Of a stretch of 64,000 nt of DNA, positions 44,622-53,123 are shown piece by piece. Position numbers and translations under genes: made by a program. The stretch's first letter is position 1. The number at the start of each line of letters is the position of its first letter. Source of the stretch: a virus (taxonomy: Duplodnaviria; Heunggongvirae; Uroviricota; Caudoviricetes); the IMG/VR virus record IMGVR_UViG_3300028561_000525; one strand, 5' to 3'. The notes beneath the pieces were generated by a model that saw only the letters and a program-made list of their open reading frames with translations, was not told the DNA's origin and made no database searches.

Positions 44622-44858
44622 ATGGATAAAGACAAAGTAAAATTGGTCGGTTTTGTCATTGGTATCCTGACTGATGATCTTGACCGTAGTAAACTGGATC
44701 AGCTCAAAGAGGACTTGTTCGATTCTTTCAGAAATCTGATTTCAGTTGAGGAGGCATTTGAAAGTTACATCCTTGAATTTGAGGATGTACTTGATACTGA
44801 CCTTTCGGAATTGATTGATAGGATTGATAGGATCAGAGCAAGATATGTAAAGGAGTAG
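44622..44858 (+). CDS. hypothetical acidic protein (78 aa)
   Basis: ORF in the operon. Confidence 0.4.
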   Translation: MDKDKVKLVGFVIGILTDDLDRSKLDQLKEDLFDSFRNLISVEEAFESYILEFEDVLDTDLSELIDRIDRIRARYVKE

Positions 44859-44861
44859 TCA

Positions 44862-45122
44862 ATGAAAAAATCATTAGCCGAAGAAACGAGTGCATTGATG
44901 GAAGCTATAGATAGACAAACAAATCTTCTCTGTGTGGATAACAAACTCTCGGAGAGAGAGGGATATATTGTTCATTCCGCAATGTTGATTGGTGCTATGC
45001 TTGGAATTGAGTACGAGGCAAAAGCGGCCTTGGAGAGAATGGATGAGGTTTATACACCTTCTTGGAAAACAATGAAAGCAATCCAAAAAAGATTGAAGGA
45101 GAAGAAAAATGGAAAAAGATGA
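44862..45122 (+). CDS. hypothetical protein (86 aa)
   Basis: RBS AAGGAGTAGTCAATG. Confidence 0.45.
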   Translation: MKKSLAEETSALMEAIDRQTNLLCVDNKLSEREGYIVHSAMLIGAMLGIEYEAKAALERMDEVYTPSWKTMKAIQKRLKEKKNGKR

Positions 45123-45227
45123 TGGACTTGGATGCCCCCGTGGCACAATGAATGCTCTATTACCATCCATTGTTCTCTGGGCGATAATAATTATTGTCTT
45201 TCTTCTTTTCGTTATGAGGAATTGATT

Positions 45228-45407
45228 ATGGATAAACTGGAAAAAGAAATGCTCGAGTTGGTTGAGCAACATACCCAATCAATTTTGAAAGAAAACTTTG
45301 ATCCGAAAATACACCTGAAGCTTCGTGGTATCTTACAGAAGGCCATATTGAGGGGCGTATCAATCGGTTTACTATGGGAGAGGAGAGAACAGAATGGTGG
45401 AAAGTAA
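45228..45407 (+). CDS. hypothetical protein (59 aa)
   Basis: Internal ATG of track ORF 45132-45407. Confidence 0.35.
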   Translation: MDKLEKEMLELVEQHTQSILKENFDPKIHLKLRGILQKAILRGVSIGLLWERREQNGGK

Positions 45408-45660
45408 AGCAGATAATAAGTGGAAAGTGGTAATAATGCTCAATGAGGAGCCAAAGCAGGTTGAAGAAATGGTACTGGACAAGCCGGAATTGTGGCGAAG
45501 ATTTGAACAATATGTTCCAGCCATTTCGAAGCCGGGTTTCAAGTATTTGGAACTGGAACTTGGAGAGATGTTTCTTGTAATAAAACCCTACAGGCCTGAA
45601 TACGAGAACAAGAAAAGGAAAAGTGGAAATGAGAAAAGCCGGAAAAAAAGTAAGGTGTAA
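45394..45660 (+). CDS. hypothetical protein (88 aa)
   Basis: Overlapping start. Confidence 0.4.
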   Translation: MVESKADNKWKVVIMLNEEPKQVEEMVLDKPELWRRFEQYVPAISKPGFKYLELELGEMFLVIKPYRPEYENKKRKSGNEKSRKKSKV

Positions 45661-45826
45661 ACATTGCGGAGATATCATACAATCGAAACATCGTTGGGAT
45701 TTTGTCGAATGTAAGTGCGGGAAGATTTTTGTTGACGGTGGTTCTGATTATCTCCGTATCGGGTGGCCCTGTGGGGAGCCGGAAGAACATCTCGAATTTA
45801 TAAAAAATGGTGAGGACAATGAGTAA
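45623..45826 (+). CDS. zinc-ribbon protein (67 aa)
   Basis: CKHCGDI...CKCGKIF. Confidence 0.4.
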   Translation: MEMRKAGKKVRCKHCGDIIQSKHRWDFVECKCGKIFVDGGSDYLRIGWPCGEPEEHLEFIKNGEDNE

Positions 45827-46211
45827 GATGGAAAAGTTCAGATATATCGCGTGGAGAGATCCCAAGGATGATTTTGGTATTGATATCCTTGTGGAAGAGA
45901 GACAACCGGACGGAACTGATTTGGGTTTGCCCCTGAAGCAGATTGTCCGCCACAGTCCTACTGGTATGGAGTGGGGTTACGGTGGTAGTGGCCCGGCTGA
46001 TACCGCCCTTTCTATTCTCACGGATTTCATCAGAAGGTCTGGATTGAGATCAAACAAAAAGGCGGCAACCAAAATGGCTGACGGTTTCTATATGGACTTC
46101 AAGTGGAAGTTTATTGCCCCCGCGGAAAGAGAGGGGTTCCAGATTACCGATACTCAAATCCGCAACTGGTTAAACGAGCGGATCAGACAATTGAATATGG
46201 ATGATGAATAA
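45807..46211 (+). CDS. hypothetical protein (about 128-134 aa)
   Basis: SPTGMEWGYGGSGPADTALSIL motif. Alternative starts at 45819 and 45828. Confidence 0.5.
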   Translation: MVRTMSKMEKFRYIAWRDPKDDFGIDILVEERQPDGTDLGLPLKQIVRHSPTGMEWGYGGSGPADTALSILTDFIRRSGLRSNKKAATKMADGFYMDFKWKFIAPAEREGFQITDTQIRNWLNERIRQLNMDDE

Positions 46212-46341
46212 ACCGTCATATTTGGCTTATAAAGGGATATTCGGGGATGCAGGGGGTTTTATACCGATGGATGGGGTCACCCTTTATAGGTCAAATAAAA
46301 CGGTCATATTGTTCAATGATTTCAAGAGGATAGGATAAAAT

Positions 46342-46644
46342 ATGAAAAGGATAGTGAAATCAAATACTTATACACAAACGATATCCGGTGGTTACAAGGC
46401 CAAGTCTATTGATGACGGTATTCGACACCTGAGGCGCATGGTTCAATTGTATTCTACCGGAGCTGTTCTCTTCGATAAGAGAAAAGAGGCTTTCAATGAG
46501 ATATTACAATACGAAAAGAAAGTCAGAAAATCCCTCTTGAAACTTTCCAGAAAAGAAAGGATAAAACAGGAACAGCATATAGAGACATTCTTTCATCCAG
46601 AGTACAAAAAGCATGTAAAATGGGTGCTGGGGAACAAAAAATAG
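46342..46644 (+). CDS. hypothetical protein (100 aa)
   Basis: RBS AGGATAGGATAAAATATG. Confidence 0.45.
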   Translation: MKRIVKSNTYTQTISGGYKAKSIDDGIRHLRRMVQLYSTGAVLFDKRKEAFNEILQYEKKVRKSLLKLSRKERIKQEQHIETFFHPEYKKHVKWVLGNKK

Positions 46645-46695
46645 GATATTTACATTGATAGGGTATTGTGTTATAATAACATAGAAAGGTTGAAT

Positions 46696-47193
46696 ATGAA
46701 AAAAACTGTGTTTTTACTTGTGTTTTTGATGGTACTCACCGGATGTGCTACCGTCAAAGTCGTGGATGAACGGGGAATGCCGGCTCCAAACTATGAAACG
46801 GTTTTATCTCAACCTTCTTATGATATTCAGACATTCCAGAGTATCATAAGGTCGGTGGAAATATCACCGGAGAGTTATGAACCGGAGTATCTTGACCTTT
46901 TCAAAAAATACAGAGTTCCAAAGGACAAGACAAGAGGTATTTTTATTTCCTTCAGGGTAGTCAATCCGAAGGGTCACAAATATATCTTATTGAAAACAAT
47001 CGAACACAAGACAAATAATGATTTCGACTTTATGAAGGAAACAGTCAAACTTTATACCGGAAATGATAAGGACAAAACGTGGGCTATTAGCTGTCCATTG
47101 GATTACGGAACATACAGAGTTTCCATTGATGTTGCTGATTACGATGGAAACCTGATAGCCACTCACGGTTTGTTTACTTATATAATAAAGTAA
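46696..47193 (+). CDS. lipoprotein (165 aa)
   Basis: MKKTVFLLVFLMVLTGCATVK. Confidence 0.5.
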   Translation: MKKTVFLLVFLMVLTGCATVKVVDERGMPAPNYETVLSQPSYDIQTFQSIIRSVEISPESYEPEYLDLFKKYRVPKDKTRGIFISFRVVNPKGHKYILLKTIEHKTNNDFDFMKETVKLYTGNDKDKTWAISCPLDYGTYRVSIDVADYDGNLIATHGLFTYIIK

Positions 47194-47204
47194 GGGGGTA
47201 TTGA

Positions 47205-47486
47205 ATGAAGAAACTTGTTTTACTGGTAGTTATTGTTTTTCTGCTCCCCAATCTCTTTCCTTTCACGGCGAGCGCACAAATGTCACTCCCTGAGAAAGAG
47301 TATGTCGTGAAGGAAAAAGCTAAGGAACAGGACAAGGCTATCAAAGCGGATGCCCGGAAGAAGAAAATCGTCTACAACCGGGCGATGGAAGAAGAGAAGC
47401 AATCAACAATCAACAATTCTGTAGTTCAGCCGTATTTACCGGCTGAAAGCCAGAACATTCAAATCAAAATCAATAACACAAAATAA
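47205..47486 (+). CDS. secreted protein (93 aa)
   Basis: Signal peptide MKKLVLLVVIVFLLPNLFPFTASA. Confidence 0.45.
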   Translation: MKKLVLLVVIVFLLPNLFPFTASAQMSLPEKEYVVKEKAKEQDKAIKADARKKKIVYNRAMEEEKQSTINNSVVQPYLPAESQNIQIKINNTK

Positions 47487-47502
47487 TGTATAGGAGGCAT
47501 AA

Positions 47503-48669
47503 ATGGTAAAAAGAGTTCTATTAAGTTTAATTTTTGTATTGGCGTTGTCAACGATGGCATTTGCTGATAGTGGTGTTTATGATAATACCACTTGGGGCTC
47601 GCCCGGCGCCGTGTATTCCGATAACAATCACGGTACAATCAATACGGGTGTGATGGGGCCTACGGTTGGTGGTAATGTTACTGGTGGTAGTGCCACAGCA
47701 ACGGCAACAAACACCAATACCAATACTGCTACTGGTGGTGCTGGTGGAGCCGGTGGAAATGTTACTGTTGGTGGTGGTATGTTCAGTAAGACACTATCAC
47801 CGGAAGCAAGTGTTTCCAATTCGGGTAATTCACTCAATTCCAATAAACAGGAAATGAATGGTAACCTCAATGGTAACCTCAATGGTAACTTGAACAATTC
47901 CGGTAATTCCTATAATAGGAATTCCAATCGGAACACCAATGTGAATAACATTGATGTGGATCAGAAACAGCAACAGGGTCAGGCTCAAGGTCAGCAACAG
48001 GGTCAGGCTCAGGAGCTTTCTGGAAATCAATCCGTGGCTAACGTGTCCATTACACAGAATGGTGCCGAGATTCCCCGTAACTTCGCTATTCCGGGCACCG
48101 TGTATTATCCCGGTATGCCTTCAGAGTTCTTGAATGATACTCAGTTCGCAAACGCTCAGCCTGTGAAGTTTATCCTTCAGTTCGGCTGTGTTTACAACAA
48201 GGTTCATCTTGAGAATATGAAGGGTGACGGTTGGGTAAAGACGCTTCAGCTTACCAATCTTTATGGTAATAAGGTTTCTTTCCCTGAAGATACCGCCACA
48301 ATTACATTCCTTACGGAAATTCCGAAGGATCTCAAGTTGAAGAAAATCGGTTCGGTTGTGTCCAAGGCGAGAACTGGTGACACCACTACAGAGCAGGTTC
48401 TTGGTGATATGGGTCTTGAAGCCCTTACAATCAAGGGTGCTAAGTATGTGTTGGTTTCCGGTGAAGGTATTCAGAAGTATACAAAGACTTCTGGATGGGG
48501 TGTTGCTCTTGGATATACACACGCTGGTATTTCCGATAACGGTCAATGGGCCGGAACGGGTACAGCTGGTGTTGGTTATTCATCCGGTAATGCCGGCCGT
48601 CAGGCCAATCCGTTTATTCACGGTGTCGTTCTTACGGACGAGGCAACATTCAACGAGTTGATGAAGTAA
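47503..48669 (+). CDS. secreted low-complexity repeat protein (388 aa), surface or structural candidate
   Basis: Signal peptide MVKRVLLSLIFVLALSTMAFA. Tandem GNLNGNLNGNLN and QQQGQAQGQQQGQAQ repeats. Confidence 0.55.
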   Translation: MVKRVLLSLIFVLALSTMAFADSGVYDNTTWGSPGAVYSDNNHGTINTGVMGPTVGGNVTGGSATATATNTNTNTATGGAGGAGGNVTVGGGMFSKTLSPEASVSNSGNSLNSNKQEMNGNLNGNLNGNLNNSGNSYNRNSNRNTNVNNIDVDQKQQQGQAQGQQQGQAQELSGNQSVANVSITQNGAEIPRNFAIPGTVYYPGMPSEFLNDTQFANAQPVKFILQFGCVYNKVHLENMKGDGWVKTLQLTNLYGNKVSFPEDTATITFLTEIPKDLKLKKIGSVVSKARTGDTTTEQVLGDMGLEALTIKGAKYVLVSGEGIQKYTKTSGWGVALGYTHAGISDNGQWAGTGTAGVGYSSGNAGRQANPFIHGVVLTDEATFNELMK

Positions 48670-48738
48670 TATGACAAATAACGGGGGCCGGGCGCTTAGC
48701 GACTTGCCCCCACAAAACCTTATAAGGAGAAATGTAGT

Positions 48739-49059
48739 ATGAAGAAAATTTTGTTAGCAGTTATTATGGTTCTTTGTTTCACAGTTCCCGCCTTCGCATT
48801 TGGTGATTTCACATCTGTGAATATGTCACAATGCCAGATGAGCATTTGGGGTGGACAGCATCAGAACACATCAGTTTTCACAACTGGTGGTTCCATTATT
48901 GCCGCTGGTGCACTTCAGGCTCAGGGCGGTCTGTATGCCACGGAGAGAGGCAGCTGGTGCAGTTATTCAAGTTCATTTGCCGCTTCTGGACAGCTTCAGG
49001 CACAGGGCGTCGTGATTATTCCGGTGCGTGAAAATCATTATTGTGGTGGCCGTCCATAA
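48739..49059 (+). CDS. secreted protein (106 aa) with QAQG motifs
   Basis: Signal peptide MKKILLAVIMVLCFTVPAFA. Confidence 0.5.
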   Translation: MKKILLAVIMVLCFTVPAFAFGDFTSVNMSQCQMSIWGGQHQNTSVFTTGGSIIAAGALQAQGGLYATERGSWCSYSSSFAASGQLQAQGVVIIPVRENHYCGGRP

Positions 49060-49098
49060 TTAATCCATAAATCCAAGTGGTGATGTGATTCTTTTGAA

Positions 49099-49129
49099 AG
49101 CCGTGGTGAGAACATCGCCACGGCTTTTT
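49099..49129 (+). terminator. rho-independent terminator
   Basis: Stem GCCGTGG/CCACGGC followed by TTTTT. Confidence 0.5.
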
Positions 49130-49130
49130 A

Positions 49131-49159
49131 TTGACATTCTCCTATAAATATGGTATAAT
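49131..49159 (+). promoter_or_regulatory. sigma70 promoter TTGACA-17-TATAAT (TGG extension)
   Basis: TTGACA 49131-36, TATAAT 49154-59. Confidence 0.55.
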
Positions 49160-49181
49160 ATACAAGATGGGGGAATATTCG

Positions 49182-49379
49182 ATGATTGAGACTTATTGGA
49201 ACCTGATAAAAGAGAAAATAATGGCTCTGGACACCAAGGCCAAGGTTCTTATCGCTCTGGTCGTTCTTCTATTGATCAGTATGATATGGACTTCGATGAA
49301 GGTCTTTTTAGCTCTTCTATTTTTTGCCCTTGTGGGATATGGAGCTTATTGGCTTTATGAAAGAGCCAGAAATGAATAA
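49182..49379 (+). CDS. small membrane protein (65 aa)
   Basis: RBS GGGGGAA. The start is downstream of the promoter. Track ORF 49131-49379 would begin inside the -35. Confidence 0.4.
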   Translation: MIETYWNLIKEKIMALDTKAKVLIALVVLLLISMIWTSMKVFLALLFFALVGYGAYWLYERARNE

Positions 49380-49545
49380 GCGGGGAAAAGAAAAAAGAGG
49401 GGCCTCAATACCAGACAATGTTTTGGATGAAATAGCAAATTTGTTTGATGGGATAGGATGTTCAATAGATTACAGAAAAGATAATCCTGAGGCTACGCTG
49501 GAAACAGAGGAACTTCGGCCTCCACCGCTCGAATGTAGGAGATGA
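49372..49545 (+). CDS. hypothetical protein (57 aa)
   Basis: ATGA overlap. Confidence 0.35.
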   Translation: MNKRGKEKRGASIPDNVLDEIANLFDGIGCSIDYRKDNPEATLETEELRPPPLECRR

Positions 49546-50114
49546 AAATCGCTCGGACTACAGAGGGAGCAACCCAAACAGACCGGAGTAGGTGAGCGGT
49601 ATGATGATGGTCGGGTAGGGGCTAAGACAAATGTAGCCATAAAACAGAAGCCGGGGTACGGGGATTATCAATTACAACTGGAAACGGAGTAAGGGCTCGA
49701 CGGATACAGCTATCAGCCAGATGGTGAACTTAGCGCCCGATCAAAGCGGACAATATCAGATATCTTCTGAGGCGCATCAATACCTATTACTGGTGGAAAG
49801 CGAGAGGAGACAGCAATAGAGCCACATCTGAGGCTTCTCCCGAGCGCGCCGGTCAAGGCCGGACATTCCATACTGATGTGGAAGGGTATGGATAGAACCC
49901 GATAGAAGTCAAAATGCCGTCTTTACGTTTCCAGTTCTGAATACAATGGCGGGGGCGCAAGGTCGCAACTACCGCTCATAACGGTGGACAGCAGGGAGCG
50001 TTACCCTGACCCGCTACCAAATAAAAATGTGGCGGTAGGTTCTTGAGTGAGGAATGGTAGGTTGGACGCGACTTTTCTGTTTCTTTTACTGACGCATAAT
50101 CAGGTATAAATCAT
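49546..50114 (+). ncRNA. candidate large structured noncoding RNA; strand and class undetermined
   Basis: About 570 bp with no ORF of 60 aa or more on any strand, in an otherwise coding-saturated genome. It is visibly more GC-rich than the flanks. It contains complementary segments such as CTACCGC...GCGGTAG. It is transcribed from the 49131 promoter, and the tRNA cluster lies about 0.9 kb downstream. Confidence 0.25.
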
Positions 50115-50456
50115 ATGGAACCGATAATCCTGAACCGCCCCCGAATAGAAAATATGGCAGTTATATTTACGGTAATAGTCGCGAAGGAAAATGAGGAAGG
50201 GTTGTTGACCGTTCCCTTGGGATGGTTCTCCACATTTCCTGATGCCTCAAGTGGAATAGTGAATTTCGTAAAACACATTTTTGATGAGGACTTGGAAATG
50301 TGGCCGTATTTCATTATCGAGATGGTTCCAGAGGGGATAAATACCCCTGTATCTGAAGCCAGATGGTATAAATGGTATCCGGAAGAGTTTTCCTATGTTC
50401 CGATAAAGAAACCGGAAAAATATAACGACATTAAAAATTTCTCATTTATGAAATGA
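50115..50456 (+). CDS. hypothetical protein (113 aa)
   Basis: ORF right after the noncoding tract. Confidence 0.45.
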   Translation: MEPIILNRPRIENMAVIFTVIVAKENEEGLLTVPLGWFSTFPDASSGIVNFVKHIFDEDLEMWPYFIIEMVPEGINTPVSEARWYKWYPEEFSYVPIKKPEKYNDIKNFSFMK

Positions 50457-50486
50457 GAGAAATCCAATATTGGAGGGTCAAATTGT

Positions 50487-50972
50487 ATGAGGAATTTCCT
50501 TATCATTGTGATGTGCCTGACACTTGTGGCGTGTTATGCACCCAAAGTAACAAAGGTTCCTGTAGGCCCCTGTCCGGCCTGTAAAGCCGAGCCGGTGCCG
50601 GTGGTCAAAGTTACTCCACCGCCACCCCCACCACCGCCGCCACCCGTGGTGAAGAAGAAGATTGATGTTCTTCCTTTCTATTTTGCCTTTGACAAGGCAA
50701 CATTGGAGAACCAGCAGGAAGCAATCGGTAGAGCCATCGAATACCTGAAAGATGACCCGGCAAAAACCGTGGAGCTTCAGGGTAATTGTGACAATCGGGG
50801 TTCAGAGGCTTACAATATGAAGCTTGGTCAGCGGAGAGCGAATACCGTAAAAGATATCCTTGTGAAGAAGGGTATTGACAGCAAGAGGCTTACAACGAAA
50901 TCATTCGGTGAGTCGAAAGCTACTGGTAATCACGCCAAAGACCGAAGAGTTGACATTGTAGTTATCAAGTAA
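50487..50972 (+). CDS. OmpA/Pal-family peptidoglycan-associated lipoprotein
   Basis: Lipobox LTLVAC. A P11 linker. The OmpA C-terminal domain FAFDKATL...LQGNCDNRGSEAYNMKLGQRRANTVKDIL. Confidence 0.75.
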   Translation: MRNFLIIVMCLTLVACYAPKVTKVPVGPCPACKAEPVPVVKVTPPPPPPPPPPVVKKKIDVLPFYFAFDKATLENQQEAIGRAIEYLKDDPAKTVELQGNCDNRGSEAYNMKLGQRRANTVKDILVKKGIDSKRLTTKSFGESKATGNHAKDRRVDIVVIK

Positions 50973-50997
50973 TTGAACACGGCAAAAAACCGAAAAG

Positions 50998-51026
50998 AGG
51001 GGAGCCGTGAGGTTCCCCTTTTTTTA
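50998..51026 (+). terminator. rho-independent terminator
   Basis: AGGGGAGCC-GTGA-GGTTCCCCT followed by TTTTTTT. Confidence 0.7.
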
Positions 51027-51030
51027 TTTT

Positions 51031-51106
51031 ACCCCCATAGCCTAATGGATCAGGCAACTGCCTTCTAAGCAGTCTTATAGAGGTTCGAATCCTCTTGGGG
51101 GTGCCA
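51031..51106 (+). tRNA. tRNA-Arg (anticodon TCT)
   Basis: Manual fold. Acceptor ACCCCCA/TGGGGGT. D-stem GCCT/AGGC. Anticodon stem ACTGC/GCAGT with loop CTTCTAA. T-arm AGAGG-TTCGAAT-CCTCT. Encoded CCA. 76 nt. Confidence 0.85.
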
Positions 51107-51114
51107 GAAAATAT

Positions 51115-51190
51115 GCCCCTGTAGCCTAATGGATGAGGCAAGAGTTTCCTAAACTCTCTTATGCGGGTTCGAATCCTGTCAGGGGCTCCA
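51115..51190 (+). tRNA. tRNA-Arg (anticodon CCT)
   Basis: Acceptor GCCCCTG/CAGGGGC. Anticodon stem AGAGT/ACTCT with loop TTCCTAA. GGTTCGAATCC T-loop. Encoded CCA. Confidence 0.8.
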
Positions 51191-51200
51191 ATATAAGATT

Positions 51201-52085
51201 ATGAAGAAGAAATATAAACAAGTATTACCGTTCAATGTGAATATGAAGGTGTCTGACCAATTCGGTTTCTCACCTATGTCTGTGCTTGAACCCACAAAGA
51301 AAGGTAAGATGAAATGGAAGCACGCCTACCTTGAAAATGTGGAGTTCAGAAGGTCGGATGACTGTAAATATCTTCCCAATTTGGGATTTTCGGAGTTTCA
51401 CGCCGAATTGGCGGAGTGGATTGTAAAATATTGGTCATTGAAAGGTGATACAATCGTTGATCCATTTTGTGGAAGGGCGACAAGGGCTTTTGTCTCAAGT
51501 AAACTGGGCCGGAATTATTTTGGATATGAAATATCACCGGAGACATACAGAAAGGTTGTTGACCATCTGGAAAAACACAATTCGAAAGCCACCATCTATA
51601 ATGAGGATGGGGTCAGATTGAAAAAAACACCGGATAAATCCGCGGATTTGGTTTTTACTTGCCCACCTTATCACGCATTGGAAAGATACGAGAGTGTGCC
51701 GGGTCAATTATCTGACATCAAATCATATGCGGATTTTCTTATGTCCATATATGATTGTGGCTCGAATGTAATGAGGGTCTTGAAAGAGGGGAGATTTTTT
51801 GTTTGGGTCTGTGCCGATTGGCGGGATGCAAAGGATTTCAGAATATTCCACGCCGATTCACTCCGAATTTTCAAGGAAATCGGATTTATTGTTTGGGATA
51901 TCATTGTAGTGAAGAATATCAGCCCCTTTGGAGCACTACAGGCGGGGAAGGTGGCTGCAAACAGATACACATCGAAAATCCACGAATATATCATCGTCTG
52001 TAGAAGGCCGGGTAAATTTGTGGACGGAGAAATTGAAATCGAGGAAGAGGAAGAGCCTGTTTCCGCCTTCTTTGAAGTAGAATAA
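51201..52085 (+). CDS. DNA N6-adenine/N4-cytosine methyltransferase (amino-MTase)
   Basis: DPFCGRATRAF is an FxGxG SAM-binding motif I. TCPPY is a motif IV (D/S)PPY. 294 aa. Lies between the tRNA genes. Confidence 0.6.
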   Translation: MKKKYKQVLPFNVNMKVSDQFGFSPMSVLEPTKKGKMKWKHAYLENVEFRRSDDCKYLPNLGFSEFHAELAEWIVKYWSLKGDTIVDPFCGRATRAFVSSKLGRNYFGYEISPETYRKVVDHLEKHNSKATIYNEDGVRLKKTPDKSADLVFTCPPYHALERYESVPGQLSDIKSYADFLMSIYDCGSNVMRVLKEGRFFVWVCADWRDAKDFRIFHADSLRIFKEIGFIVWDIIVVKNISPFGALQAGKVAANRYTSKIHEYIIVCRRPGKFVDGEIEIEEEEEPVSAFFEVE

Positions 52086-52165
52086 GCCTCCGTAGCTCAA
52101 CTGGATAGAGCACTTGGCCACGAACCAAGGATAATGTTGGGGTTCGAATCCTCACGGGGGCACCA
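52086..52165 (+). tRNA. tRNA-Arg (anticodon ACG)
   Basis: Acceptor GCCTCCG/CGGGGGC. D-arm GCTC...GAGC. Anticodon stem CTTGG/CCAAG with loop CCACGAA. GGTTCGAATCC. Encoded CCA. An 8-nt variable region, so the exact fold needs tRNAscan-SE. Confidence 0.7.
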
Positions 52166-52188
52166 TTTTTCATAAATATATCAGATGG

Positions 52189-53100
52189 GTGTATTCTATG
52201 AAATTTGAACATTATCTGAATGAAGAAAAATTGGAAGTCCATCCCTTTGAACAGGCCGGACTTGGGAAGTATCCATACAAATATCTCTACGCGAAAAGAG
52301 AGGTTTATGTGGCTTGTCCTGGCGCCCCTGTTCAGCCCGGCGGTAGTTGTGACTATTGCTCCACGGGTATCTATTATCAATTCTGGCTTGAAAGTGCTGA
52401 CGGAAAAAAATTCAAGGTCGGTTCCGAATGTATAATGAAGGCCAACCGAAAGAGCCGCACGGGTGCCACACCGGAAGAGCGAAAATCAGAATACATTCTC
52501 AAAAAAGCCGTCACAGATTACAAGAGGAATGTTGTCAAGGATGCCCAGAAGGAGAGGGTCAGGCTGGCCCTTGAATTTCTGGACAACAATGAAGATTTTC
52601 GGGAAGTTCTCAATGCCATCCCAAGGCCCGGATGGAAGGGAGAACAATCAATGTTCGATTATATTGAATGGATGAGGCGAAATTCGGGTCTTGCCGGTAA
52701 TATGAAGATCACAAAATACATCGAAGGTCTACAGAAAAAAGGATGGAAACATCTACCGAAAAGGCCTTTGGTTTCCAAACCGGAACCAAGATCCAAATGG
52801 GCCGGCACGGTTGATCAAAAACCCTACAAGGGTATCCCCGGCCATTATGATGATAAGAACATTCCAAAAGAATTGATAATGGGAATGTATGAGAGACAAA
52901 AAAGAAATGCAATCGAGGCTGTATTACAGGATATAAAATTTAGATCATTTTTGAAAACTTTACCTCACCCCAAGGGATTTAAAAACAAATCGTATCTTGA
53001 TTTCGCGCTGTGGTTGATTTCCAATCAATATCTCTCGCCAAGACACGTTGGTGAGCTGGAAGATTATTGGGAAGAGGCATATAGAACAAAAATAAAGTAA
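52189..53100 (+). CDS. hypothetical protein (303 aa)
   Basis: Long ORF. CPGAPVQPGGSCDYC motif. Confidence 0.5.
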   Translation: MYSMKFEHYLNEEKLEVHPFEQAGLGKYPYKYLYAKREVYVACPGAPVQPGGSCDYCSTGIYYQFWLESADGKKFKVGSECIMKANRKSRTGATPEERKSEYILKKAVTDYKRNVVKDAQKERVRLALEFLDNNEDFREVLNAIPRPGWKGEQSMFDYIEWMRRNSGLAGNMKITKYIEGLQKKGWKHLPKRPLVSKPEPRSKWAGTVDQKPYKGIPGHYDDKNIPKELIMGMYERQKRNAIEAVLQDIKFRSFLKTLPHPKGFKNKSYLDFALWLISNQYLSPRHVGELEDYWEEAYRTKIK

Positions 53101-53123
53101 TAAATATATTTGGGAAGGTTGAT

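Noticed and set aside
49546-50114. RNase P RNA, tmRNA, or group I/II intron assignment for the ORF-free tract
   Set aside because: Only a loose resemblance to RNase P CR-IV, GGGUAGG...ACAGAAGCCGG. There is no GGAAAGUCCGGGCUCC-like P4 5' strand. There is no tRNA-like CCA end or tag peptide for tmRNA. There are no flanking split exons or an intron-encoded ORF. It is kept only as an unclassified structured-RNA candidate.
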